Assembly (NCBI RefSeq): GCF_006345805.1
Contig: NC_043007.1
Location: 59,954,001-60,018,000 of the forward strand
Reading direction: 5' to 3'
From: Octopus sinensis
Lineage: Eukaryota
Length of the DNA stretch: 64,000 bases
Below, piece by piece: positions 42,405 to 54,071 of the stretch. A model generated the notes under the pieces. That model saw only the letters and a program-made list of their open reading frames with translations, did no database searches and was not told the DNA's origin. The translations under genes were made by a program, and so were the position numbers. The stretch's first letter is position 1, and the number at the start of each line of letters is the position of its first letter.

Positions 42405-43251
42405 TATATTTTTGTTTTTTATGTTCTCGTTTCTCATTTTTTTAATGCCCTGTACCCATATATGCATGTATATATACATATATATGCAGATATGTACTTA
42501 TATGTATGTATATATATGCATATATTTATATATTATTTATATTACTATTATTATTATTATTATTATTTATATTATTATGTGATCGAACGTTACGCATCCA
42601 TTTCCAAGTAAGTTTTATCTTACTAATTAAGATACGTACTCTTATCCTATCTCTATTCTTTCTATCTATCCCAATCTCTCGTTCTTCTTCCTTTCAGTTT
42701 TTCTCTCCCACCCTTTCCCTATTCTTCTCTTCTCCCCTTCACCGTTCCCTCTCTCTCTCTCTCTCTCGCTCTCACTCATTCTTCCTCCTTGACTCTCTCG
42801 TTGCTCACACGTGACCGACGGTCATTCATCTCTCTGTCTCCCACTTCCTTCCTAAAGACAAGGCGTGCTTTTACCTGTCTCCTCTCAAAGCTCGTTTTTC
42901 CAGCGTTCTCCACTTCACATCGGCTTGGCTTAACACCTCACCATTTGTTTTTACTGTTTCGTTCTCACTGTCCTGTTTTCGTTACCACTTTTACCCTTCG
43001 CATAAAATCCCAAATTTTATATAACTTGCTTTGCGGGAAGAACTGTTTTAACGAAGTCGCGTCTTGTCCCTACCTTCGAAACGTGGAATAGATAAAACAG
43101 GGGAGAACTGATGAAAGGAATGTTCTTTATTTTGCCTGTCTCGTTTCTCTGTTTGTTTTTTTCGTTGTTCGAAAAGAAGTTCGTTTTCTATGTTTTTGTT
43201 TTTTATGTTCTCGTTTCTCATATTCTTCACGTTTTTTTATGTGCTGTACCC
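42405..43251 (+). mobile_element. ~850 bp non-coding unit with ~55 bp terminal direct repeats (PLE/retrozyme-like)
   Basis: Direct repeats at 42405-42457 and 43189-43251, a CT-rich block, CACGTGAC at 42808, and a hammerhead-like CCTTC-GAAA-CGTG...CTGATGA-AAGG at 43073-43118. Confidence 0.5.
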
Positions 43252-44569
43252 TATGAAGATGAAATAATATAAAGTTCTTAAATCTCTATAGACACAACGT
43301 GCTTATGACCTGCCGCACAACGGAGGTTGCTAAAATCTGAAATAAAAGAATAGGAACAAAAGAAATGTTAAAAGAATGGTTTAGTGATGAATTGTATTTG
43401 CCAAAAGAAAAAATAAATAAATAAAATAAAAAATAGACAACAGAATAAGATTTTTGCTTCTATTCGAAAGTTTATTGGTAAGCTTCTCATTGAAAACCAT
43501 AAAATGTTGTATACCATGATATAAAGAACTCAGCTAAGTGCTTGCTATTTGGAACGTCTGCAGCATTTGGATAGCAGAAATACTTCTAGATGTAACGCTT
43601 TACTCTTAATTAACTGAAAGGTTGCGAACAATCAGCGAGGAAAACAAATGATTAAGAAATGTGTTCCATTACCAATATAACTGTTATGTGACAAAACAAT
43701 TGGAAGTTTTACTTCTGGAAGTGATTAATTCTTTTGTTACTCTGTATCTGTTAAAATACTATGCCTTTCTTTCGATTATTTTTCGAAAATAATGAAGAAT
43801 ATAAGTAAAATAAAATTATCATTACTACGCTGATGTTTGAAGCATGAATAAACATAAAATTTTAATGGAAAGTTTTAATTTAAATCACTTTAAAACAGGA
43901 AGTGTGTGCCATAGAACCAAAAGTGGTCTCTGGCGAAGTTACAGGAATACCAGCACGATGTGTAACAGTCGAGTGTTTTTTTTTAATTTAAAAGTGGAGA
44001 CCTCCGGCGTTTTCCGTCCCCGGATCATATTTCTGCTGATCGCTATCGGGGACGAGATGGCTATCCGCAAGTGCAAGCACTGTTAAGTTAGATTGATTTT
44101 TCCAGCGCATCTCCTCCGTGGCAACGCTTTTTTCCCCCATTTTGTCTGCTGGGACCACGAGACGGTCTGAATTACAAGACATTGAGAGAATGTAAAAATT
44201 TAGTATAAAACTAATGTCATCATAGCAACGTTTCAAGGCTTTGAAGCTGTTTCTTTTTTAGATGCTGTTAGAATACCTCCAAGTTGAAACAGCCAGCATT
44301 TTTAAGATACGCAGAATGTATTCTCTAAATGTTCGGTTAACTAGTAGAATGGTAGAATGGTACTTGAATTTTATAGAGTTCATATAAATGGAGATAATTT
44401 AGACATGGAAATGGTTTGGACATTGAGACATATGGTTCTTCCTAGTCACATGGTTCCGAGTTTAGTAGCACTGAGTGTCACCTTGGGCAAGTTTCTTCTG
44501 CCATATAGCTTTGGGCCGACCAAAGTCGTGCGAGTGGATTTGGTAGAGGAAAACTGAAAGAAGCTCGTC

Positions 44570-44605
<36 letters not shown>

Positions 44606-44909
44606 TGAATACACGTACACATGGTCTGTGTTTTACTAGTTCGTGAGCAGGCCGCGTTTATAGGCGTAAGAGAATATATTCTCATCAATTCGACTGGTGT
44701 TAAGACACCTGAAGTCATAGACAAGCGAGATAGCTCTCATCTGGTCCCATTTAGGAGCGAGATAAACATCGATTCATTTGTGTGACTTATCAATACCGCA
44801 TACCCAAACTGAGGCCAGATGTAAGCTAAATTGTTGTCTATGGCTATATGCAAAATGGTGTTTAAGCTATCTGTTAGTATGTCCCAACGTTTCATACCAT
44901 GGAAAAAAA

Positions 44910-45558
44910 TTCAAATATGAATTAGAAGTGGCTCGAAGGATATGAAAAATATCGACCACACAAGCACAAGTATGTATCTTGCTAGTCCGGAGGAAGGTTG
45001 CGCTTGTAGGCGTAAAAGAATATATTCTCATCAATTCGCCTGGTGTTAAAACACCTGGAAGTTATAGACAAGTGAGATAACTCGCATCTTGTCGCATCAT
45101 TCAGGAGTGATAGACACATCGATGTTTCGTCATTTATGTGCCTTTAAAACATAGCTTGTGTAAATGTGTTCGATATTGTTTATACCCCTCAAACTGCCTT
45201 TAATTCATATTTGTATCTTTTCTGTGGAATGAAACGTTAAGGCATTCCAGCAGATGGTTCCCACACCATTTTGCATATAGTCACCGACAGCGATTTAGGT
45301 TACATCGGGCCTTGTTTTGGGTACATGGTATTGACAAGTCACTCAAATTACGAAACATCGATGTCAATCGCTCCTGAATGGGACCAGACGAGACTTGTCT
45401 GTTCACTTCCAGGTGTTTGAACACCAGGCGAATTCATGAGAATATATCCTCTTACGACTATAAACGAAACCTACCTATGAACAAGCAAAACACATACCTT
45501 GTGTTTGTGTATTCCATATTCTTTATATCCCTCAAGATGCTTCTAATTCATATTTGAA
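44910..45558. mobile_element. Long-TIR MITE / foldback element nested in the microsatellite of a SINE
   Basis: Perfect 19 bp ends ttcaaatatgaattagaag / cttctaattcatatttgaa; imperfect arms of ~220 bp (44910-45135 / 45345-45558); a third arm copy at ~44610-44775. Confidence 0.7.
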
Positions 45559-45608
<50 letters not shown>

Positions 45609-45622
45609 CACACACACACACA

Positions 45623-45654
<32 letters not shown>

Positions 45655-46034
45655 CTGTGTGTGTGTGTGTGTGTGTGTGTGCCTTTGTTTCTGTGTTTGT
45701 TCCCCTCTCCACCACCGCTTGACAACCTGTGTTAGTGTGTTTACGTTCCCGTAACTTTGCAATTTGGTATAAAAAAAAAAAAGACCGATAGAATAAGTAC
45801 CAGGCTTAACAAAAGGACAATTCATTTGAGCAAAAGTGCTTCAAGGCCCCAGCATGGTCGCAGTCTGATGACTGAAACAAGTAAAAGAATAAAAGATAAA
45901 AGATTATGTTGGGGATTAGTAGTATTTTCCATCATCCTTAACAGTTTCACGTGTTCTGGGACAGAGTAGCTTGATGAGATGGATGCATTTGATATGGTTA
46001 ATAATGTTGATACGGTGGGTGTTTTATGTATGGG

Positions 46035-46228
46035 CAAATACGTGGCCAAAATCCCAGGACATACGAATACATGTAATATACAGAAAATAGTACTGCTAGG
46101 CACCACACAATCCTACGTAGAGCACTTTCAATACAAAAAAAATAAACAGCACTAAAACAAATCAAAGCACACACTCAAAGCTGGGCTCAGCAGTTCAGTG
46201 AAATCATACGGTAAAAATAAGACTACTG
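46035..46228 (+). mobile_element. Dong-like 3' end followed by (TAA)n
   Basis: IQKIVLLGT...LRRALSIQ followed by a 3' UTR similar to the next copy. Confidence 0.65.
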
Positions 46229-46229
46229 A

Positions 46230-46295
<66 letters not shown>

Positions 46296-46296
<1 letters not shown>

Positions 46297-46712
46297 ACAC
46301 GGAGAAATCAACATTAATATGCCGGATATAGTTGTCAGAGATCATCAAGAAAAAAAAAGCTTTGTAGTCTCCTGTATCAATACCAACAGATGACAATGTT
46401 TCTCTAAAAGAAATGGAGAAGCTTTCAAAATACAAAGACCTGAAAATAGAGGTAACTTGAATGTGGAGTCTAAAAACAGAAACAATTCTTATCATAGTGG
46501 GTGCATTAGGTATGATAAGAAAAATATTCAGACAAATACATAACAAAAAATACCAGGGCTAACAAGTATATAAAACACAGAAAATAGCACTACTAGGCAC
46601 CGCACATATACATATACTACGTAAAACACTTTCAGTACATTAAGAACATCACAACAAACCACAGCACATACCCAAGGTACACAGAGCTGCGCTCGGTAGG
46701 GCAATAAAAACA
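46296..46712 (+). mobile_element. Dong/R4-like RLE 3' fragment directly after (TAA)n
   Basis: PDIVVRDHQ...VSIPTDDNVSLKEMEKLSKYKDLKIEV...IIVGALG...QKIALLGTAHI. Confidence 0.8.
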
Positions 46713-46713
46713 T

Positions 46714-46747
<34 letters not shown>

Positions 46748-47006
46748 CGATGAGGAGGAGGAGGAGGAGGAGGAGAGTCACTCCCGTCGGTTTCAACGTA
46801 TGAATATTTGAAGGTGAAGACTTGAAGTTAAAAAAAGTAATGGAAGAAAAAAACTTAGAAGCTGCATCTATTTGCCATGGATGCGTGAATGTAATTTCAG
46901 TCCAGACATGGATAACAAGAAGAAGAAGAAGAAGAAGATATAAGAAGAAGAGAAGAAGAAGAAGAAGAAGAAGAAGAAGAAGAAAATGATGATGATGATG
47001 ATGATG

Positions 47007-47037
<31 letters not shown>

Positions 47038-47316
47038 AGAAGAATAAATAAAAAGGGCGGCCTCATGAATTCTGTTTTTTAGTGTTTTTTTATATATGCT
47101 TATTTTTTGTCTATTCTATTTTAGTAAGTTGGTTCTCTTTCGTTTTCTGTGTATACTTATTTCAATCAAGATAACATTAGCTCATATTTTTTTCAAATGT
47201 TAATATTGCCCGAATAAAGCTGAATTAACGAAAGAAATAGTATTTCTCAATACTAGTGTATAAAATGTGTTGGACTTTCGTACAGTTTATATCTGTGTGT
47301 ATATGTATATACATAC

Positions 47317-47390
<74 letters not shown>

Positions 47391-47605
47391 GTATATATAT
47401 ATTATATATATATATATTATATATATATATATAGATATATAGATAGATAGATAGATAGATAGGAAGGTAGGTAGGTAAGTAGGTAGGTAGGTAGATAGAT
47501 AGATACATACATACATACATACATACGTACATACATATATACATACATACATACATATATACATACATACATATAGATATATATATAGATATAGATATAT
47601 GTATG

Positions 47606-47641
<36 letters not shown>

Positions 47642-47946
47642 TATATAGATATAGATATATATAATCGTTTACTATTTTTCCTTAAATTATTCATGTTATA
47701 AGATGTGTTAAAGCGTTCATTGAATGGTAATCTTCGCGTTGCCTGGCATAATTGGTCACTTTGTCTTCGATGGCGAGTTAAATCGCTTCAGCATGAACTG
47801 AATGCTTACATGCATACATACATACACATATAAATATACCATGTATATATATATACAAGTATGTATGTATGTATAATATATATAATATGTATATGTATTA
47901 TATAATTTATTTTTATATATTATATATATCATATACATAATATATA

Positions 47947-48002
<56 letters not shown>

Positions 48003-48144
48003 TGAGTGGTATTGGTATCTAGAAGACCCAAGAGTGGTATGTAACGCTAAGTAAGTGCTATGGACAGAGCGTAGTTAAACTCTTGGTTTGATAGTGATAC
48101 GAGGGAGGAGTCTAATGTAGGTTTTAGCATGCATATATATATAT

Positions 48145-48430
48145 TAGGCAAAAGGAGATAACAAAGCCAAGGCTGTGAGGAGTTTTCAGGACATTTACAA
48201 GGAAAAAGATATAGATATAGTCTTACATCTGTTTCTGAGATATTATTGATATCCCTTCATCAGAGACAATGTGAGATGGTTAAATAGAGATACATATTTG
48301 AGTTCGAAATAAGGAATTATTATGGAAAAAGAGGAGGGAATATAGAGGGAAATAAGAAATAAAATATAAAATATATAAATATACCATATGAGTGTATGAA
48401 AACATTTACGGATGCGCTTGAGCATGCATG
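48145..48430 (-). mobile_element. Solo pLTR / retrozyme-like non-autonomous Penelope derivative
   Basis: ~290 bp non-coding insert between TA-rich microsatellites, carrying a hammerhead motif. Confidence 0.6.
48220..48267 (-). ncRNA. Type I hammerhead ribozyme (CUGAUGA core, stem III palindrome mutated)
   Basis: Minus strand: GTCT-CTGATGA-a-GGGATAT caata ATATCTC-a-GAAA-CAGATG-TA-AGAC. Stem I GTCT/AGAC closes the motif; ACAGATGT is one mismatch from the palindrome ACAGCTGT. Confidence 0.7.
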
Positions 48431-48486
48431 TATATACATGTATGTGTAAGTATATACGTATGTTTATATATGTATATATATATGCG

Positions 48487-49010
48487 TCCTGACTTAAATA
48501 TCATCGAGCAAATGTGGACAGAACTAGAGAAGAGTTCGTCAAAGAATCCTCGCAACTTTGAAAAGTTGTGGCAGGTCAGCCACAGAGTATGGCATTTCCT
48601 ACCTGTGAAGATGGTGAAGGATTTGTACGAATCTCTTCCCAGGTGCATTGAAGCAATTATTCAAACTAAGGGAAGGCACACAAAATATTAACAATGTACA
48701 GTAACTTCTTGAAAGGAACATTATGTAATAAATTTTCATTATAGACATTTTTCTGTTAAAACACTGTATCTTGATTGGTTTATGTGAGGTGGCTGAAAAC
48801 TTTTGCACCGTCATTTTTGGTGGTCGTCTCGCATCTTCCCCTCTTATTCAAAACCTCTACTACAAAATATAACGAGTAGGTATGGAAATGGGTCCAACAT
48901 GGCCCATGTTTCATCTGTAAAAAACGCAAAGCGAAACATCTACTCATAACTTGACAATTAGCAGAAATTTACAACAGTTTAAAGTGGCCAAAGACTTTTG
49001 CACGGCACTG
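48487..49010 (+). mobile_element. Tc1 (DD34E-type) transposon 3' fragment with right terminus
   Basis: PDLNIIEQMW...LYESLPRCIEAIIQTKGRHTKY* (to 48691); terminus ...acttttgcacggcactg followed by TA at 49011. Confidence 0.85.
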
Positions 49011-49105
49011 TATATTTGCGCCTGGCTGTTTTATATATACATACATATATATGCTTCATTTTTGTATCTGGTTTGCAGATTGGCATAATGACTCTCCCAA
49101 GACAT

Positions 49106-49149
<44 letters not shown>

Positions 49150-49233
49150 AAGGGTGAAAAAGAACACACGAGTTGATATATATGAAAAAACAAGTAAAAA
49201 ATAGAAAATGCTAAAATAATTTTATAGTGAACA

Positions 49234-49277
49234 TTTCAGTACCGGTTTCGGTCATTTTGAGACCTTTTCAACTGTAA
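49234..49277 (-). ncRNA. Type I hammerhead ribozyme (U3-A8 core variant) in the 3' pLTR, sense to the element
   Basis: Minus strand reads TTACAG-TTGAAAA-GGTC tcaaaat GACC-GAAA-CCGG-TA-CTGAAA: stem I, core, stem II, GAAA, palindromic ACCGGT stem III, GUA cleavage triplet. Confidence 0.75.
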
Positions 49278-49994
49278 CGATTAAATAATTAAATTTAGAA
49301 AAATTAGAAGAAAAGTTTTCTTAAAAGAATATTTCTATAGTAGTGTTCAGATTTAAGTGGCATTCTGCCTTTCTGACTCCCTTGTTTGCACTTGTGTGTT
49401 CGAGGTAGTTGTGAGTTCTTGGTAGGGTAGTAGAGGGAAGGCTGGTGAGGAAAGGGGGGTGGGAGAATCTGGGAGTGCCCTGATGGTCGTATTTTGAATG
49501 GTCAGTGGCGGCTGGCAGTCTCAGTTCAATTCAGGAGAATATTTATATTGACAGGCTTGTTTATAGAATTAGCGTAGGTGTTATACTAAAAAACATTAGT
49601 GACAAACTTAAGGGGTAGGGGGTGGAGAAGAAGAAGAAGAAGAAGAAGAAGAAGAAGAAGAAGGAGAAGGAGAAGGAGAAGATGATGGTGATGGTGGTGA
49701 TGATTATGACGACGATGATGATGATAACGATGATGATGAAGAAGAAGAAGGAGGAGAAGGAGAAGATGGTGGTGATGATGGTGGCGATGATGATGACGCC
49801 GATGATGATGATAACGATGATGATGAAGAAGAAGAAGAAGAAAAAAACAGAGAAGGGAGAATATGAATGGGTGTAAATATAGCTATGAAGGGGCTGATTA
49901 GTAATGGATTCTATGGAGTGTAGTATTTGTGTGTGTATATATTTTTTTCTTTTATTCTAAAGTTGAGGTATATTAATTGTTTGTCGTAGACCCG

Positions 49995-52900
49995 TTAGAA
50001 GTGGCTTGTTTTTGTAATAAAGAGATTTTCTTTACTTATTCTTTGTCTCGAGGTTGTATCGTCCCTAAATTGGTAGAGGGGGAAAATTCTGAAGTTTGGT
50101 GTTTTTTTGTTGGCGCAAGTATCTATGTGTTGGCTAAAAGCTATTTTTCTGTTTTGGGGAATTTTTATCTGGGATCTGTGCAGGGCCATTCGTTTACGCA
50201 AACCATTTTTTGTTTGGCCTATGTACTGCTCTTGACACCCGGAGCAGGTTAGTGAGTATATTAGGTTCTCCGAAGCACATGTGAAGTTGCTTTTCACTGT
50301 AAACCGTTGTCCCTGTTTGAAGGAGAACTCAGAACCCTTGATTAGATAGTCGCATATCCCGCAATTGGGTCTTCCACATTTTTTTACTGTCGGCTTCTGT
50401 GTTGAAGAGTGAATTCGGGCTTGTGTAAGGAGACTTTTCATGGATCTAGGCTGTCTTTTGCTTTTTATGATCGTGTGTGTTTGGAGGATTGTGTTCATTC
50501 TGTGGTCTTTTTTTAGGAGGGGTATGTTGTGGAGGATGGTGTCGAAGGCTTCGTTATTGAGAGGGTTGTGTGTGGAGATGTATGGTAAGGCTTTTGGTTG
50601 TAAGTTTTTCTTTGATTTGGGATGTCTCAGTTCCTTGATGTTAAGTTGAAGGGCACGTTGAATGCACTTGTCAATAAGTGAAGGTGGATAGTTCCTGGTG
50701 ATTAGGGTATCTTTTAGTTCTTGTAGCCGTGTGTCTCTGGTGTTTGCGTTAGAGACTATAGTGCATATCCTTTTTGCTAGATTGAAGGGGATATTCATCC
50801 TGGTGTGTCTGGGTGGCATGAATTGAATGGAAGATATTGCTTAGAGTCTGTAGGCTTATAGTATATGTCTGTTTCTATTATATTATTAGCTTTCTTAATG
50901 AGGATATCGAGGAAGGGGAGTTGTTGTTGGCTATATTCCATCGTGAATTGGATGTTTACGTCCAGTCCGTTTAAAATTTTCTGGAATTCTATGAGTTTTT
51001 CTATATTTTTATGCCAAAGATGAAACAGTCATCTAGATATCTCTTCCAGTTGTTTTCTATGTAGATGGAGAAGGGCTGCCATATCTTTCTAGAACCTTAC
51101 GATACAGACTGATCTCTAGGTATCCTATGACTAGGTTGGCAAAGGAGGGGGCCATTCGTGTACCCATCGCAGTCCCCGTTTTTGTCGGTAGAAGTTGTCA
51201 TTGAAGGCGAAGAAGTTATTTTCCAGGATGAATTTAACCCTTCTTCTATCACAAATTCTTTTTTGATGCGGTGTGGTAGTTCGTTGGCGTGATTCTCTAG
51301 CCAGAATTGGATTGCCTCTAGTCCTAGGTTGTGGGGGATATTGGAGTAGAGGTTGACTACATCGAAGGATACCAGTATGGGGTTTTTGTTTATAGTATTC
51401 GGTAGGTGATTAAGCATATCTAAGTCGTCCCTTATATAGCTTTTGACATGTTTGAGGAGTGGTTTTAACAGGGTGTCTAAAAAGTTACTGAGGCGGTGGG
51501 TTTCGCATGCGGGACCTGCTATTATGGGTCTCAATTTGAGGTCATTAGGATTAGGGACTTTAATTATTTTGTCTGTAGCTATCTTGCATGCGTTGCTTAT
51601 TTTTTCACTTTTGTGGATCTTAGGTATACCGTAGAATTGGCTAGTTTTACTTGTGAAATTGGTCATATAATCATATTCTTTGTCGGTGAGCCCTGCTTTG
51701 TATGGGTTTAATATGGATTTTAGTTCCCTCATTATTTTTTGTTGACTGTAGTTTTGTGCCTTTTCATAGTATGTTGTGTCTTCCAGCATAGAAGTACCAA
51801 AGTTATGTAAAATGTCGTATCCATTAAGACAACAGCACTCCCTTTATCGGCCTCTTTGATTGTTATTGTTTTATCTAGTTTTAATTTGTTCAACTCAGCC
51901 CATTCTTTTTTGCTGAAGTTTGGTTTGTGTTTTTGTTTGTGCATATGTTGATATGGGTAATTTGATATGTGGTCACAGAAATCATCAAGTGTTTTATTCT
52001 TACCTTTCGAGGGGGTGTAGTTACTCCTATTTCTGGCTAACGATTCGTCCTCGTTGTATTTATCGTATAGCTCCTCAGTAAGTCTTAATTTTCTGCAGAA
52101 TTCTGCGATGTCTTCTTTCATTTCATTGTAGTTGGGGTGTTGTGGGGTGGGTGTAAACTTGAGTCCTTTGGAAAGTATGTTTATTTGGTTTGCTGTTAGT
52201 TCCTTGTGAGTTAGATTAATAATTTTTATTACTTTTGGTTCCTCCTGCTTGTTTGGTGCTATCTTGTGTCTCTGTGTTTGCGTATTGGGTCTAAAAAATG
52301 AATGCGGTGGTTGGGACGGTAGCTAGTATATAGTTGTTCTTTGTTGATTAGGGGTCTCCTGTGTGATTTATGGTGTGTGTTCTTGGAGCAGTATTGAGGA
52401 GAGCATCCCGATATCCCATATTAGGGTGTGGTGTTCTAGGAGGCCTTCGTTGGTAATCATTGCAAGTGGTGTGGGTTTGTTGTGCATGTTGTTTAACCGG
52501 TTAATGGGACGAAGATTTCGTTGGTAACTCCTTTGGGTGGGGATGAGGTTGCAGTGTCTATGCTGTGGGTGTTGATTTATCCTTTCTCTGCTTGAAGTGG
52601 GGGTATTCCTGATATTGTATCGCTGGCTGCTTACAGAGTTAGGGTTAGGTCCTGTATTCTTTTTTTGATAGTAGTGAAGGTTCCGATTTTTAGACAGGTG
52701 TGTATCGGTGTTTGGGTGTTGTTTTGGTTTTCTTATTTTCTGGAAAGGGTTGTTGGAGGCGTGCTCTGTTTGAAAGACGGCTTCATAGTCTGAGAACCAA
52801 GTGGCGCTTTTCTCCCAGCGTTGGAGAGATTTTAGTTCTTCTTTTTCACAGTCCTCTTTCCATAGTTTGGAGAACTTCTCTTGATCTGGGCCTTGGGTCA

Positions 52901-53447
52901 TTTTGCGAATTTCTTCGTTTCTTCTCGTTGATCTTTATCGGTTTTATTTTATCCTCATTCGTTTGGGCCCTCAATTTCAGAAGTTCTATTTCCATTTTCA
53001 TTTTTTCCAGTGCCATTCTCTCCCTGAGGTGTCTTTGTGTTTCAGGTTCTTCTGTAATAGCTTTGAACTGGAATTTACGTGGGAGGATTAACGGGGTCCG
53101 GTTGAGCCATTTTTCGTGTTTATCCCCTTTGTGTTGTTTTTTGGATCATCTTCCAAAAGGCGAACTTTCTATCTCTGAGTGATTTGTTCCATTGTGGTAT
53201 TATGTGGTGTTTCATTTGTATGTTGTTAGAGTATTGATCCCATATATTGACGCGTTTGGAGGTCCTTGGTTAGCGTTGTTAGAGAAAAATGTTCTAATTG
53301 TTTCGCATAAGTTTCCAAGGTTTTCGACAATTTCGGAGGTTGTATTTTTCGTATCTGTTTCTTCATTGTTCTCTCGATTGGGTTGAAGTGTCGAGTCGAA
53401 TTTGTTCAAAAAAGTTGACAAATTTGTGTTGATTTTCTTGAGTTCTT
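49995..53447 (-). pseudogene. Penelope-like polyprotein (N-terminal region, reverse transcriptase, Cys linker, GIY-YIG endonuclease), broken by frameshifts
   Basis: Motifs in successive frames: KGLKFTPTP, IKEADKGSAVV, FYGIPKIHK, LRPIIAG, SFDVVNLYSNIP, WKRYLDDCF (~51030-51050), LPFLDILI, KCGRPNCGIC, NLIYSLTCSGCQEQYIGQTK...RMALHRSQI. The breaks I could trace are mostly 1-bp indels and may be assembly errors. Confidence 0.9.
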
Positions 53448-53963
53448 TCATCATCATCGCCACCATCATCACCACCATCTTCTCCTTCTCCTCCTTCTTC
53501 TTCTTCATCATCATCGTTATCATCATCATCGTCGTCATAATCATCACCACCATCACCATCATCTTCTCCTTCTCCTTCTCCTTCTTCTTCTTCTTCTTCT
53601 TCTTCTTCTTCTTCTCCACCCCCTACCCCTTAAGTTTGTCACTAATGTTTTTTAGTATAACACCTACGCTAATTCTATAAACAAGCCTGTCAATATAAAT
53701 ATTCTCCTGAATTGAACTGAGACTGCCAGCCGCCACTGACCATTCAAAATACGACCATCAGGGCACTCCCATTCTCCCACCCCCCCTTTCCTCACCAGCC
53801 TTCCCTCTACTACCCTACCAGAACTCACAACTACCTCGAACACACAAGTGCAAACAAGGGAGTCAGAGAAAGGCAGAATGCCACTTAAATCTGAACACTA
53901 CTATAGAAATATTCTTTTAAGAAAACTTTTCTTCTAATTTTTCTAAATTTAATTATTTAATCG

Positions 53964-54007
53964 TTACAGTTGAAAAGGTCTCAAAATGACCGAAACCGGT
54001 ACTGAAA
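53964..54007 (+). ncRNA. Identical hammerhead copy in the inverted 5' pLTR
   Basis: ttacag ttgaaaa ggtc tcaaaat gacc gaaa ccggta ctgaaa read directly on the + strand. Confidence 0.75.
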
Positions 54008-54071
54008 TGTTCACTATAAAATTATTTTAGCATTTTCTATTTTTTACTTGTTTTTTCATATATATATATAT

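Larger units (their letters stand above)
49143..54065 (-). mobile_element. Penelope-like retroelement (Neptune-type), 5'-truncated, with inverted 5' pLTR, inserted in (TA)n
   Basis: RT and GIY-YIG coding region flanked by ~620 bp near-identical inverted repeats (49176-49796 / 53448-54065). A ~30 bp tail (49143-49175) is present only at the 3' end. (TA)n on both sides; no TSD resolvable. Confidence 0.93.

Noticed and set aside
52285-52300. Possible splice acceptor or frameshift site (cattttttag, minus strand) in the PLE
   Set aside because: The RT frame reads through this position and no donor site was identified.
53212-53619. 135 aa ORF joining poly-K/poly-M to a PLE N-terminal segment
   Set aside because: Chance in-frame fusion across the pLTR inversion junction at 53448; its N-terminus is a trinucleotide repeat.
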